Positions 46,301 through 59,158 of a stretch of 64,000 nucleotides of DNA are shown here, one piece after another. This stretch comes from Podarcis erhardii. Its lineage: Eukaryota. The position numbers and the translations under genes are program-made. How positions within the stretch are numbered: the first letter of the stretch is position 1; the number at the start of each line of letters is the position of its first letter. Below the pieces are notes generated by a model. The model did no database searches. It was not told the DNA's origin and saw only the letters and a program-made list of their open reading frames with translations. The DNA is taken from NCBI GenBank assembly GCA_964252035.1, contig OZ176205.1. The stretch is one strand, 5' to 3'.

Positions 46301-49300
46301 CAGTCGGGATAACTCAAGCTTTTCCAGGGCTGACAAGCAAATCTTTTTCTTTGGGAGATTTCCACACTCCTTCTGTTCTAGTTTGGGGCTCTGAGCAGTT
46401 GGCACCTTTCCAGAAAGAAAAGGATCTGTATCAGTTCCTTGAATTCCTGTCACCAGGCTGTCACGTGTCTCTTCTGGGGACTGGCTGCCAGTCCAATTTT
46501 CTGGTTCAAGTCTCTCTCTTTTTGGACTGGCCTTGTTTCCATCTCTGCCTTTGCCTACAACCTCTGAAGCTAAACCAGCCTCAGAAACAGAGTCCCCCAA
46601 CTTCTTGTCCACCTCCACTAATGGTTGACGATGTGGATGCCAGGATGAGTTCATAGTACAAGAGCCTCCATTTACTCCGGCTGGGAGTAAGCTGTGGCCT
46701 TCAGCAGCTGATTTATGAAGTTCTGTAGGTTGACCTGTTGGCAGCTGACCTTCGAAAGACAACAGGTTCTCATCCAGGCTTGGTTGATATGGACCCTTTC
46801 CCATCTTATTGTCCTCAGCAGCCAAGTCCAGAGTGCCTTTGTCTGAAGGAATGAGGAGTTTGGAAGAATCCTAGGGAGATAAAAAAGCCAGTTTTCCAAG
46901 CAAGTAAGTTGCAAAGCTGTCGCCCATGAGCGTGACAGGAAGTAGCATGGAATACGCTACTAGACAGAGTTACTAGGTTAATTATCAGCTAGGGAGTGGC
47001 CTAGCTAGTCAGCACCAAATGCCTCAAATTCTGAAAAGGCATACATCCCACTCACCTTACGTGCTGCTATGACAGAGGCTGTGCTGCTAGGTGTAGTTAT
47101 GTCCTTGGAGGCAGGACAGTGCAGCATGCAGTAGAAATTACCTAGGAGTAAAATCAAGATAGCCATAATCAGGTAGGGTATGTTGCCTACATTCACCTGA
47201 CTTGCCAATAAACATGACTGCCAGGGCAGATTCAGATACCTCAAGGAGAATAAAAGCAAATGGCGCAAATGAATCTTGATATGCACTTGCAGGAAGTAGA
47301 GACACAATGCAAAGAAAGGCAGCCAGTTTGGATTTCAGAGAAATCAATGCCCCCGTCTGCACTGACGGCTGTGCCATTCAGGCTAACCAACTGCGTCTTC
47401 TCAACTCCACTCACCGTCGTCTTCATTGAAGGCGTAATCCCCCAGCCGCAGTGTCGTCTTGCAGCGGTGACACTTGAAACAGCCACGGTGAAAGAAGCAT
47501 CCCTCCGCACTGACTCGCTCCAGGATGTACACACGATCTCCGCAGAAATAGCAGGCATCGCTGCTCCTCACCGAGGAGGTGACAGGGCTCTGCCAAAAGA
47601 CCAACACCTTTAGGACCACACGTTCCAAGTCATCTTGTGCTTTGGTTTCAAAATACATGGTTCAACCCAATGAGACACATTAACAAATATCCACAAGTTG
47701 CTGGACTACAACTCTCATGATCCCTGAGCTCCAGCTGGGATGATGGGAGTTGTAATCCAAGAACATCTGGGAGAGCCGCTGGTCCCCCATCCCCAGCCCT
47801 CTGGCCTCTCTGCCTCCGACATCTAGCGATGACCTAACTCCATCCTGAGTGAGATAACCGTATCAGGCAGCATTACAAGTTACATTCCAATGTCTTCCTC
47901 CAAGAAAACAGCCTCAACAAGACAATGGCTACAAGGTCCAGCAAGTCGTTCCTTTCCGTCAGATAAGAGGAAGGGCGGGTTTGAGTCTCGAGAGAAGAGA
48001 GCTGCCAGGCTCTCTGCCAGTATCTAACTGCAGCAGATGAATGCAATAAAAATCTTCGTTTTTTGCCCAGTGACATCTGGCTTCTTCCAGGCCTAACAGC
48101 TGTTTCAGCTTGGCTTATGCATGAGAGCTAGCAGCCTGCAGCCTGATACAGGGAGGAACATTTAGCAGCCGCCCTGAGTATGTGCAAGTGGTCAGCCTTC
48201 ATAGGCAGCATCCAACCTCCTCGCAACTGTTATTTGCCTCCAGTGTAGCCTACCAGCCAGAATTCAGATGCAACGTTTTGTGTAAAAAGGGAGGGAATCA
48301 ATGTTTCTTTGAGACCTTAAAAATTAATTTGTGGTGGGCCACAGCAAAGTTCAAATTGGAAGTGAGGCAGGGTGGGATTTCCCAAATGCCATTTGAATTC
48401 CAATTTTCACAGGTGGAATTTGACCCTTGGGATCAGTCTTTGAACTGCAGTCTTAAAGTTATATTAGTCATCTGCAGTTGCAGTCAATAAACTGCATGCA
48501 CTGGATTTCCCATCATGTGTTAAAAGGTCAGAAAATCTACAGAGTCAATGGCAATGACTCAAATAAGGATTCATTCCGTAAATGAAACTCCCTGATATAC
48601 ACACTGGATTAAAAAATGGAATTTTTCAGAAGCAATGAATTTTCAGAAGCAATGAATATCCATTCCCATCACTACTCTGGACCCAGACATATCTAATGTT
48701 AACTTCACACATAACCAGATTCCTGCAATGAAGGCATTTCCATGTAGAAATTCACAGGAAACCCAAAATGTAACCATAAAGTGTGAAGATGCTGCACTCA
48801 AGAGTTCCCCTCCCCCCCCCCCGTATATTCATGCAGTGTGAAACTGCAGATGGCTAAAGCTTCCCATCAGGCAGTGAAATACCACAGGAGTTTGGTATAC
48901 TATGATCCACATGCAGATTTCATGTTCATTTTTTCAAGCCAGTACTTTCCATGTGGAATCATCACATATGACATCCTCCAAAACTTGTCTAGTACCAGAT
49001 GAACCCCTAAGTGCAATGGCAGCAGAACTTACCCCAGCCTCTTGCTTGGTCTTTTTGGCTTGGTCATCCACTGAAGAGCTCTCCTGCAATCGAAAATTAT
49101 GACTTTGGAGCAGCAGAAAAGACAGAAGGCCAAAGACAATTTGCTCCTGCAATAAACGTAGCCCCCACTGCCACCCCCCGCCCCGTCCTGTGCAGATGGT
49201 CCTGTACTAGGGACATCTGAAAATGGGGAGGGCTAGAGTGATCTGGGAAGAGATCATACCAGCTGCCAAAGGGCCACTAGCCAGCACATAAGGCACAAAC

Positions 49301-51695
49301 AAACACACTGCTGGGAATGTCTGGTGATGGGCCAGCAATGGCTTTGGAGAGAGACTCACCAGGGCACGTTTACGTGAGAGAGAGAGACTTTTCTGAAGCT
49401 TGCTGAGGAAGAGGATAGCTCCCTTGGTACCACGTGTCGACAGAAGTGTTGAACTTTTCTCTTCTGGTTCTGGAAGAGAGAATGAAGTGTTTAGGAACTT
49501 GGGAAGCTGCCAGATACTAGTCCATCTAGCTCAGTACTCTACTGTCTACAATGACTGTGGCAGCAGCAGCAAAGAAGAGTTTGGATTTGATATCCCGCGT
49601 TATCACTACCCGGAGGAGTCTCAAAGCGGCTAACATTCTCCTTCCCTTCCTCCCCCACAACAAACACTCTGTGAGGTGAGTGAGGCTGAGAGACTTCAGA
49701 GAAGTGTGACTAGCCCAAGGTAACCCAGCAGCTGCATGTGGAGGAGCGGGGAAGCGAACCTGGTTCACCAGATTACAAGTCTACCGCTCTTAACCACTAC
49801 ACCACACTGGTTCCCCGAACTACCTGGAGATACTGCAGATTGAACCTGGAATGGCCTGGGAAGAGTCCCCAAGGACCAGGCAGAGAGGCCTGGAAACAAG
49901 GTTCTCCACTCCCCTTGTAGGAAAATCCCCAGGGCTGGGTTCCTTGGGATTCTCTACCTGGAGAGTTCTTGAAGGCATCATAAAACTGGCTCAGGTAGGT
50001 GATCAAGCCAAGCCTCTGAGGTTCAGACATCGAAGCCATTTCAGTGCTGGAGAGGACCGGAGGGATCCCTAGCTCTTGCTCTGCCACGTCTAAGGCCAGC
50101 TGGTTGTTCCCAATGGGGTCGTTCTGGTTGAGTGTGTTGACGTCTCTAGAGAAGGAAGCTACAAAGTCAAGGTGACTGACAGGACTTAGCTCAGACTGAG
50201 AGAAACTTTAACCAGACACCTGAAGCAGAAGGTGAAGTGTGTGACGGTTTCTTTAAAAACGATAGCAGCACAACTCCCAGCTCATGACAAGCTGGCTTGT
50301 GTGAAGCGGCTGCCATGTGCGTTACTGGGCACCAGGAGGCAGTCACACAAATTTCGTTACACTTTAAACAAAACAAGAAAAGCACACACAGCACTGCTTC
50401 CAGTAATGGGATGTCAGCCAGCAATCTTCCCACCCCTGTTTTAACAACCTTGCTCCCATCTCATTTCACTATGCAAGGACAGGAAGACTTGATCACCAAA
50501 AACAGGCAAATGAAACGTCGCTGCCATCCTATCTGGCAGGCAAGACTGTGAAGCAACAGACTCCCAGTTTGGGGAGTCTGTGGCTTTGTGGCCATTAACC
50601 CCCGAAACACCTGAGAAACATGCAGAGACTGCTTTGTGGGTGGGGCGGGGCACCTTTTTCAGACTGAAGACCACACTCCCTTCCCACAGCCTGGGTGGAG
50701 TGTCCCATGGCAGTGGCAGGCAGGGAGACCAGCAGCATAAGTGGGTAGAGCAATTAGTGTAAATTCTATCTTTGTACAGTAGCTGGTTTCTTCACACCTG
50801 CAGCTCCCTCTCTCTCCTCCATCCAGGTAAGTGAGAGGCCTGATCGGATCTCAAGACACATCCCAGCCAGGCATAGGGACTCAAGGAGGTGCAAAATAAA
50901 GGTGTGGCTGAAGAAAAGATGTTATGGGGAAAGTCCCACAGGAGAGACCTGGAGAGATGTGTTTGGCTCCTGGGCCTGAGATTCGCCATCCCTGCTCTAT
51001 GGCAACATAAACATGAGCAGAGGCATCTTTTAAAGTCACATCTGCCTTTATGGCCCCCACCCCTTTCTCCGTGACTGGTAAGAGAGAAGGAGGAAAGGAT
51101 GGTTGCTGTGGGGAAGAGGCTAGAGAATTGATACCTCTTCTAGATCAGCAAGGCAAAAGCTACCTGCAGGCCACAAGGTCTTCCCATGCCTGGCCTAGCT
51201 TGACCCTGACATCTGAGGCTCAGTGGACTCCCCTTGGTTCTGAACCTCCAACACAAAGGAAGGCTAGGATGGAAGCGTTCAGCTCTGCTTTTCTGAAGCA
51301 GAACTGTATAGAGTAGGAGAGTTCCACTTACAACACAAAGGCAGCAGCACCATGTGATTTCTAGAGGAGGGCTGGGGGATAGATGCTGAGCTTCCCAAAA
51401 TGGGAGCAAATCACCAGGTCTGTAACAGAGATCTCTAGGCTGGACTAGATCTGTGGCTCACACACACAGCTTCTATTCCAGCATCAAATGGCAACTTGCA
51501 TGTGTGTGTGAGCCACCACAGATCAAACTTCTTGCAAATCTCTGCATATCACTTTGTACATAATACATTTCACTGCAGTCCGTTCACACTCTCAGCTGTG
51601 TTATAAAGAATCAAGAAATAAAGTGATGTACAGGCATATATGGACTAGCCCTTAATTTAGGCCTTTGGGATACACAGTTTGCTGAATGCGTGCAC

Positions 51696-51743
<48 letters not shown>

Positions 51744-54700
51744 GAAAAAAGCACTTAGCCGCAGAATGAGTTGACCTGCACAACAAATTTTTTCTACAAA
51801 TGGACAGTATAATCACTCTGAAGTAGCATTTCCTGAGCAGTACAGCAATGGCTAATCGTTATGCCTTTAGAAAGTTTGCCTCTAATGTGCCCACAAGCAT
51901 TCCCTCCCTCTGGCAAGGCTCACTCACAGAAGATCTGGTCGGAAGTGATGTATGAGGGCACACAGGGCCAGGCCACTTTTCCAGGAGGATGTGAAGTCTT
52001 CTACCTTGATGCCGCGATAATTTGCTGTATTAGTTTGACACCAGCTAAGCAGCTCCTCATAGGCTCTGTTGGAATCTGGAGAAGGGTGGATGAAGGATGA
52101 TGAAGAGGAGAGAGAGAAAGAGCAAACCAAGCTAAGGGTACATGAAAGAGAGAAACTTGGTCCAATTCCCAAGATGTACCTAGTGACAAGCAGGGATTGG
52201 GAACCTTTCAGCCCAATCTTTTTCCACCCCCTCCCCCAGGGGCCAACTCTAATCTTCTGATGTCATGATGGCATCAGGTGACTTGACAGGTAGGCAGTAC
52301 AACCCGTCTAGCCAAGCTGACCCACAGGAAAGGGGTTGGCAAAGCAGCACCCAGCAGGACTGAACCCTCCACTCACCAGCTGATGAGCAGCTCCCCCAGC
52401 CCATTCCCTGCTTGGGCTACACTTGTGATGCAACACCCAGCTGGATTGAAAACCGCCTCCCACCACTGACATCAGCCAGTGACATCAGATGATAGACAAG
52501 TGGGCATGGTTTGGGAGGAGAAATGGCCTCATGAGTCCAACTGGACCCCCTGGCAGACCAAGATTAGCCTGTGGGCCAGCAGTTTAATAGGAATTAATAG
52601 GATTTCTGTAATGCACAGTACCTAGTCTGGCAGCATATTGGGGTTTATTGTCTGAACTTTTCCTCCTCCATCAGAGCTCAGAAAAGGGGAGAAGCCTAAC
52701 ACATAGCTACCAACAGAGATGAGACTGTGTGTGTGCTACTTTAGGATCAGGGCAGACTGCTGTAGTCCAAGTCCAGCTAAATAGGGAGCTTCAGCCAGCT
52801 TTTATGCTGACAACATGTGACTGCTTTGCCTAAACCACAGCTCTGTTGCGACAGGAAGAATAACCATCAAAGTATACTTTGCTTCCATCAAAAGCAGTAC
52901 ATCACAGGGCTAGCCTAGCACCACTGACCCTACTCTGATGCCACACAGGAACCCACAACAATCACATTGCCATCATCTGCACCGCTGATTTACACATCAG
53001 CATGCAATAGACTTGTAACAACATCCTTAGCTTAGAATCCATCAACGCACAGCCTAAAAGCTGAGTGGAAGTGAATCAGATAAGTCTTCCTAGTAGCTAG
53101 CACTCCATTTCTAACCAGGGTGACAGTGAACGGGCAGGTCACATTATCTCCCCACCTCCCAAAACACACAGTTATTTGCTAACCATCACAAGGGCTATTC
53201 CATAAGCAGAGCAAGGCCAAGGGGAACAGACTGGGTTATGGAAAACAATGACAGTGTGGGAGGAAACATGAGAAAACACAGAGAAGAAACAAGAGAGCTG
53301 TAATTTAAAGAGGGAAGGGAGAGCCAGAGGGACAGAGAAATGCGCACACACACATAAGAGAAGGCAGAAAAACAGTTCAAGAAATGAAGAGCGATCTGTG
53401 GCATTTTTAGTTTATTTCGTAGAAAGCTGGGAAGGAAAATGCTACAACTAGAGCAAAATGTAATAGATAAACACCCTCTCCACTGTTTAAGAACTGGGCA
53501 GCAGGGGATTTTTCCCCACAGAAGTGATAGTTTGGGAGTGAAAGATTGTGACAAATGTGTGTTTCTCTCCTGGGAGATGAATAGAGGGTGCCTATGCAGT
53601 AGGCAGAAATGTTTCAGCATTGTTATTTTGTTGGGAGGCAGAAGTTTTTACACCCAAGTTTACACCAGAATAAAAGGGAATTTCACTGTGGAAAGATTTG
53701 GACCATCTTTCTCCAGGGGACCTTGGCATGCCTGCAGTGAGGCAAAAATACGGCAAGGCCTTAGTTCTGGGCTTCTCGCCAACCAAGAGGCAAACCAGCC
53801 CCAAGACAAGCCAGCCATGTTGCACAGAGCTAACCAAGATACAGTCCAGAGTCAACTGGCTGGCTGACTATAATTGACCAAAGTTTCCTCAACCCTATTA
53901 AGGCAACTGGATTCTGCTACTCTGTTACTAAGGTGCATGCTGTGTGCTTGTGGATCATGGGAATATTGCCCAAAATGCAGGTGTATTCCTGGTATTTCCC
54001 CCCCCAAAGGAATATCCTGAACCAGTTTTCTTCTGGGGTAACAAAATTGAAGCACTTCCAGAAGTGGAACCGTAGAGAATGGGTGGAGGGAGAAAAAGAA
54101 TTGCAAAAAGCACTGAGATCAGAGAACAAAAACCCAGCAAAAAAAGAAAGAAAAAGGTCTCCCCTAGTAACAATCTGCTGACACTGACTTGTGGACTCTA
54201 TGCACTATGCCAGAACACTTGAAAGTAGTCAGCCTTAACACTGATTCCTCTCTGCTAAGAAAACCTGCCTTCAGAGACTATTTTGCAAATTACAGATCAT
54301 TGAGCAAAGCCAGACAAACATCTGTCTGGGATGCTGCAGGCAGTGGATCTCTTGTTCCAGACTCAACTGAGTCTCTCCCAATTTTATGTTTAATCTATGT
54401 GCAGAGCGGTGTGGATTCTGCACATGCAGAACTGAGTATCTCCAGAATCTCAATCCTCATTATTTCAAAACAGGACATTTCTAGCCTTTGTGGAGACAAA
54501 GGAAGGTTTGAAAAATGTGTCAGCAATGTCTGGATGGTAAGAGCTGTTCAACAGTGGAACAGACTACCTTGGAAGGTGGTAGAAGTTTTAAAACAGAAGT
54601 TGGATGACCATCTGTCAATGTGACTCCTACACTGCAGGGGTCTGGAAGAGATGACTAAAACTGGACTTCAGGGGGGCAGGAGGTACATTGGTGCCTTGCC

Positions 54701-57700
54701 CATATCTAGCAAAAGTGGAACTCGCAAAACAACTAAATATATACACATTGCTTCATTTTCTTACTACATAAGAAGTCTGTTAGAGTGAATGCTTGGGATC
54801 ACTCTTCCACATCCCAGTTTGAGAGACAGCAATATTGACCCAGATATTTGCTGCTTGAGGGTAAAGCAGAGTCCTAGGGAAGGACAAGCAAGCAGAGAGG
54901 TCATATGGGTAGAAAAACAGAAGAGGAGGATCTGCACTTTGTTGCAGAGAAATCCAATTCATCTAAAGGAAGAGAACAGCGAGTATGAACGAGTGTGGAG
55001 GGGTCTGGTACTGGTTTTCAGATAGATCCATGCAACCAGTATCCAGGGGAGAACATGACCCAGACTTGCCTTTGCTGACTATCTCAGGGCTGCCACGATT
55101 TCTTCCTTTCTTCATATCCATTTCAATTTCTCCCGTCACATACAGATTACGAACCTGGAAGCAGGTGCACCCAGTTATTTATTTCCTATCACTGACCACA
55201 GCTTGGATCCAGAACAAGACCCAGCTAATTCCCCCAGGTCTGCAGCTGCCCAAACGCTTCTTGTGTGGCCCTTAGCATCCCAGCTTGGAAAACACACCAC
55301 ACCCCATTACTCAACAAAGAACAGCCTTCAGCACCAGAACAGCACAAAAGGATGTCTTGCAAGGGAGTCTCTTCTCCAAGCCCTATTGCAGCGAATGCCA
55401 GCGTTCTTATACATTTCTGTTACTTTCGGAACATGGCTCAGGGACATGGCATGGTGCCAGTGTTTAAAAGCTGCAAAGAAGAGTGCATGAGGCAAAGAGA
55501 ATCATCAGAAAACTGACAAGGAAAAGGAGGAGATATTGTGTTCTTCACCACCACCCTATATGTATAGCAATACCTGAGAGGCCTTGATGGCTTGGAGGTT
55601 GATGTTTGGGTACCGCGTAGTAGGATCAATGCTGTACTGACTGATGTTCTTGTTGGTGTTGTCAGGTGAGGTCTGCGACAGCTGCTGATATATGCTCTCC
55701 CTGCAGGGAGATTAAGCAGGAATGTCCCCCTCTTAGTCTCTCAGCACCAAGATACATTGTGTACATGGCACTCACAGCCTTCAGGAGCCTTCAGGCAAAA
55801 GAGGAAGATCAACATGCTCTCACCCTTCTCATCTTCACAGCAGTCCCTCCTCACCCCTTGCCTGGGTCTGTGGGGTGAGCAGCATCAACAAGTTCTCCTG
55901 CACTCTCAGATTCCCACTACATCAGACAGTTACACCCATTCCTGTCCCCCATTCCATGCTCCAGATCAGTTACTCAACAGCCCTGCAGTCTCCTAGATGA
56001 TGCTGGGAACTTCCTGAGGTTGGGCAGCAGAACAGAAAGGGGCTCCACCAGCTCACTCACTTGCCTGTGTGCAGTTCCTGGTGTCTTATGGCTACCAGGC
56101 TAGGGCTTAAAAGACTGAACAAGAGAGCATGAAGCAGAAGACCCTTCAGAAAAGACTGTCTATGTATGGTTCAGTGGGAGAAAACTGCCCAAGGCTCTGA
56201 AGCACTACTTCTAGACAAAATAGGCAGTCCTGGCTCACTGTATCAATAGTTCTCCTCCCTACATTGAACGCATAACCTGGAACATCTATAGACCTCAAGA
56301 TACCACCACCATCGCCAATCACCCCTCCATCACTGTGGTCAGAGAATGCCCCTTCTCAGAGTGCTCACCTCTCAGCCAGCACATCCAAAGGGGGCATCCC
56401 CGAGGCCCATCTTTTCACCATCCAGGCAGCATCGAAAGCTGCCAGGAACCCTCTGCCCACACCAGTGCCCAAAGGCCAGAATGGCTGGGAAACAAAAAGA
56501 GAGAGAAAGAACAAAGAGATGTTTTGGGGTCTCTTAGCAAAATGAGTCAATCAGATATAGCAGATGTTGGCCAGCAGCTCAGCTGCATCAAAAACGCAGC
56601 AGGAAATAGGGATTCCAGGGTGATTCTGGCAGTCATGGTTAATTCACAGCAGCCCCTCTGTGTGCTGCATGTTGTTTTGGCAAATGTTTGCACTAAATGG
56701 GGGCCCACTCCCCACTCACACCAGGTGTCAGCTGGCTAGCTCTGTTTTGTCAGATAAAGGGGGCTGCATAGTGAAGTGAATTAGTGCAAAGGATAAAGTG
56801 CTAGATCAGAGACAGCAGGTTTCCCAGATGTTGGATGAGCCCTCCAAGCTAGACAAACAGAAGGGCAGGGTTATTTAAAAAACAAAAACAATCAAACAAA
56901 AAACCCAATGCATATGGTCCCCGGCCAAAGGTTAGCTTCAGGCCTCACAAAATCCAGGAGCAGATTTGCCTTCAAGCCCAGATAGTCAAGTAACATAGCT
57001 CCCTGCTAAGTCCAGGTGAAAGACAGTCTGTCTGAGAAATATGCAGATTTAAAACAAGATAGCAGGTTGCTTAACTTTAAAGAACATTTCAGCTTTCAAC
57101 ACATTTTCTGCAATGGTTCCCATCACAATGCATAAAAGAGGAAAGTGTTTTTTTTCTAATCGGTACAGCATTATTTACTGTAATGCAAGTTTATAAGCAC
57201 TCATAGAAATCAATCGGAATGAAAGCTTAGCCAGTGTCAGAAAAATCCCAAAGTAAAGCTCCCATGTAACACAGTTACAACAAACTTCACACAAATTGTT
57301 TAAACCTACATTTCCCAACTGACAGCAATTTTTTAAGATGAGAAAGCTTTGAATGAAACCCTCTCCAGTTCTGAACCAGTAATAATAATAAAACCAGCAT
57401 GAGACAAAGGACCCCCAGACGGTTAAGTCCAGTCAAAGGCAACTATGAGGTTGCGGCACTCATTTCGCTTTCAGGGCAAGGGAGTCAGCGTTGGTCCACA
57501 GATAGCTTTCCAGCTCATGTGGCTGGCATGACTAAACCGCTTCTGGCGCAGCGGAACACCATGACAGAAACCAGAGTGCACGGAAACGCCATTTACCTTC
57601 CCGCTGCAGCAGTACCTATTTTTCTACTTGCACCGGTGTGCTTTTGAATTGCTAGGTTGGCAGGAGCTGGGACAGAGTAACGGGAGCTCACTCCATTGCA

Positions 57701-59115
57701 CGGATTCAAACAGCCAACCTTCTGATCAGCAAGCCCAAGAGGCTCAGTGATTTAGACCACAGCACCACCCACTCCCCACTGAACCTGTACAATCTCAAGG
57801 CAGTGTGCCATGTGATTTTTCTGAACAAGTAGGTCAGTTCATATGGAAAGATAAGTGAATGAGAACTGCAATCAAGGATGGCTGAGCTGCACCACCACCA
57901 CACCCACTCTCCCACTGTGAAAAGGACTATGTCCATATGCTTGTTGTGGTCTCATTATGAGGACACTTACCTCCACCAGGCAGTCCCCCACCAATCCAAT
58001 GAGCAGCTTGGCACCATTGCAGTCACGCACCAGAGCTGCGTTGTCTGAGCGGCTCATGCAGGTGAAGTCGAACATGTCAACATCTGGGTGGCTGCGGTGG
58101 TTCAGTGCAAACTGCAAATCAGGCAGCTGGTAATTGGTGGAGAAGTTGGCAGCTTCCTTGGCATAAGCAAGAAGAGCTTCTTGGTTCACATTCTCTGGAG
58201 ACAGCAGGCTCTCTATGTCTGACTTGTCCTAGAAATGAATGGAGACCAAGATATCTTCCATAGTAATAGTAAAAAAATCTTGTTGGAATGTGGCAGAGTT
58301 CAAGATTACAGGTGTGTCAATCAGCTCTTGGCCTGGCAGGATCTTTCACCTCCAAAGCATGTAAATTCAAAAGATGGTTTGGGGTCGCCATCCCCTCCCA
58401 CATGGTACTTGCAGGAGCTTCAGTCTCTATACGTACATTTAAGATAACTCCTTTTTTCAGCAGGCTCTGCTTCTTGGCTGTCATGACGAAGTAATGAGTG
58501 TCGTCTTTATAGTAGACAATGTTTTCCAAGTCAATGCCTATAATTGTTCAAACACAAGCAGAAGGTTAAAGGCTGGGGGCTGTTTTCAGCCTAGCACTAC
58601 GCAAAGCTTCCATCAGTGCAAGGATTTCTGCTTGGGCAAAGGAATGTTCTTCTGCCCTCTTCTCCCCCCGTCAGTGGCGTAGCATGGGGGGTGCAGGGGG
58701 GCCAGCCGCACCGGGCGCAACATCTGGGGGGGGCACGCTCGTACTCGAGTGCTAAAATCCATGGGTTAGGGGGCGCAAATTACTTGCCTTGCCCCAGGTG
58801 CTGACAACCCACGCTACGCCCCTGCCCCCCGTGCCCCTAAATCTGTTCCAGGGGTTCCCCCAACACTCTGGTGTAGATTTGGGGGAACACAGGACACACA
58901 CAGCAGGAAGAAGAGGAGGAAATTTCCATTGTACAAGAGGAAAGCCTTCTGATGATGTAACATGGTACTTTGTACTACCAGATTTTAGAAGACATCTGAA
59001 GGCAGCCCTGTTTAGGGAAGCTTTTAATGTTTAATAGGTTATTGTATTTTAATGTTCCGTTGGAAGCCGCCCAGCGTGGCTGGGGAAATCCAGCCAGATG
59101 GGCGGGGTATAAATA

Positions 59116-59158
<43 letters not shown>

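Noticed and set aside
48217-48249. Possible 33-nt MICAL1 exon [11 protein letters not shown] corresponding to the human exon before the LIM exon
   Set aside because: Weak pyrimidine tract, weak donor (gttgga) and no recognisable homology; the flanking exons join in phase without it.
48624-48657. 17-bp direct tandem duplication tttcagaagcaatgaat
   Set aside because: Only two units with no spacer; an ordinary slippage duplication, not CRISPR-like.
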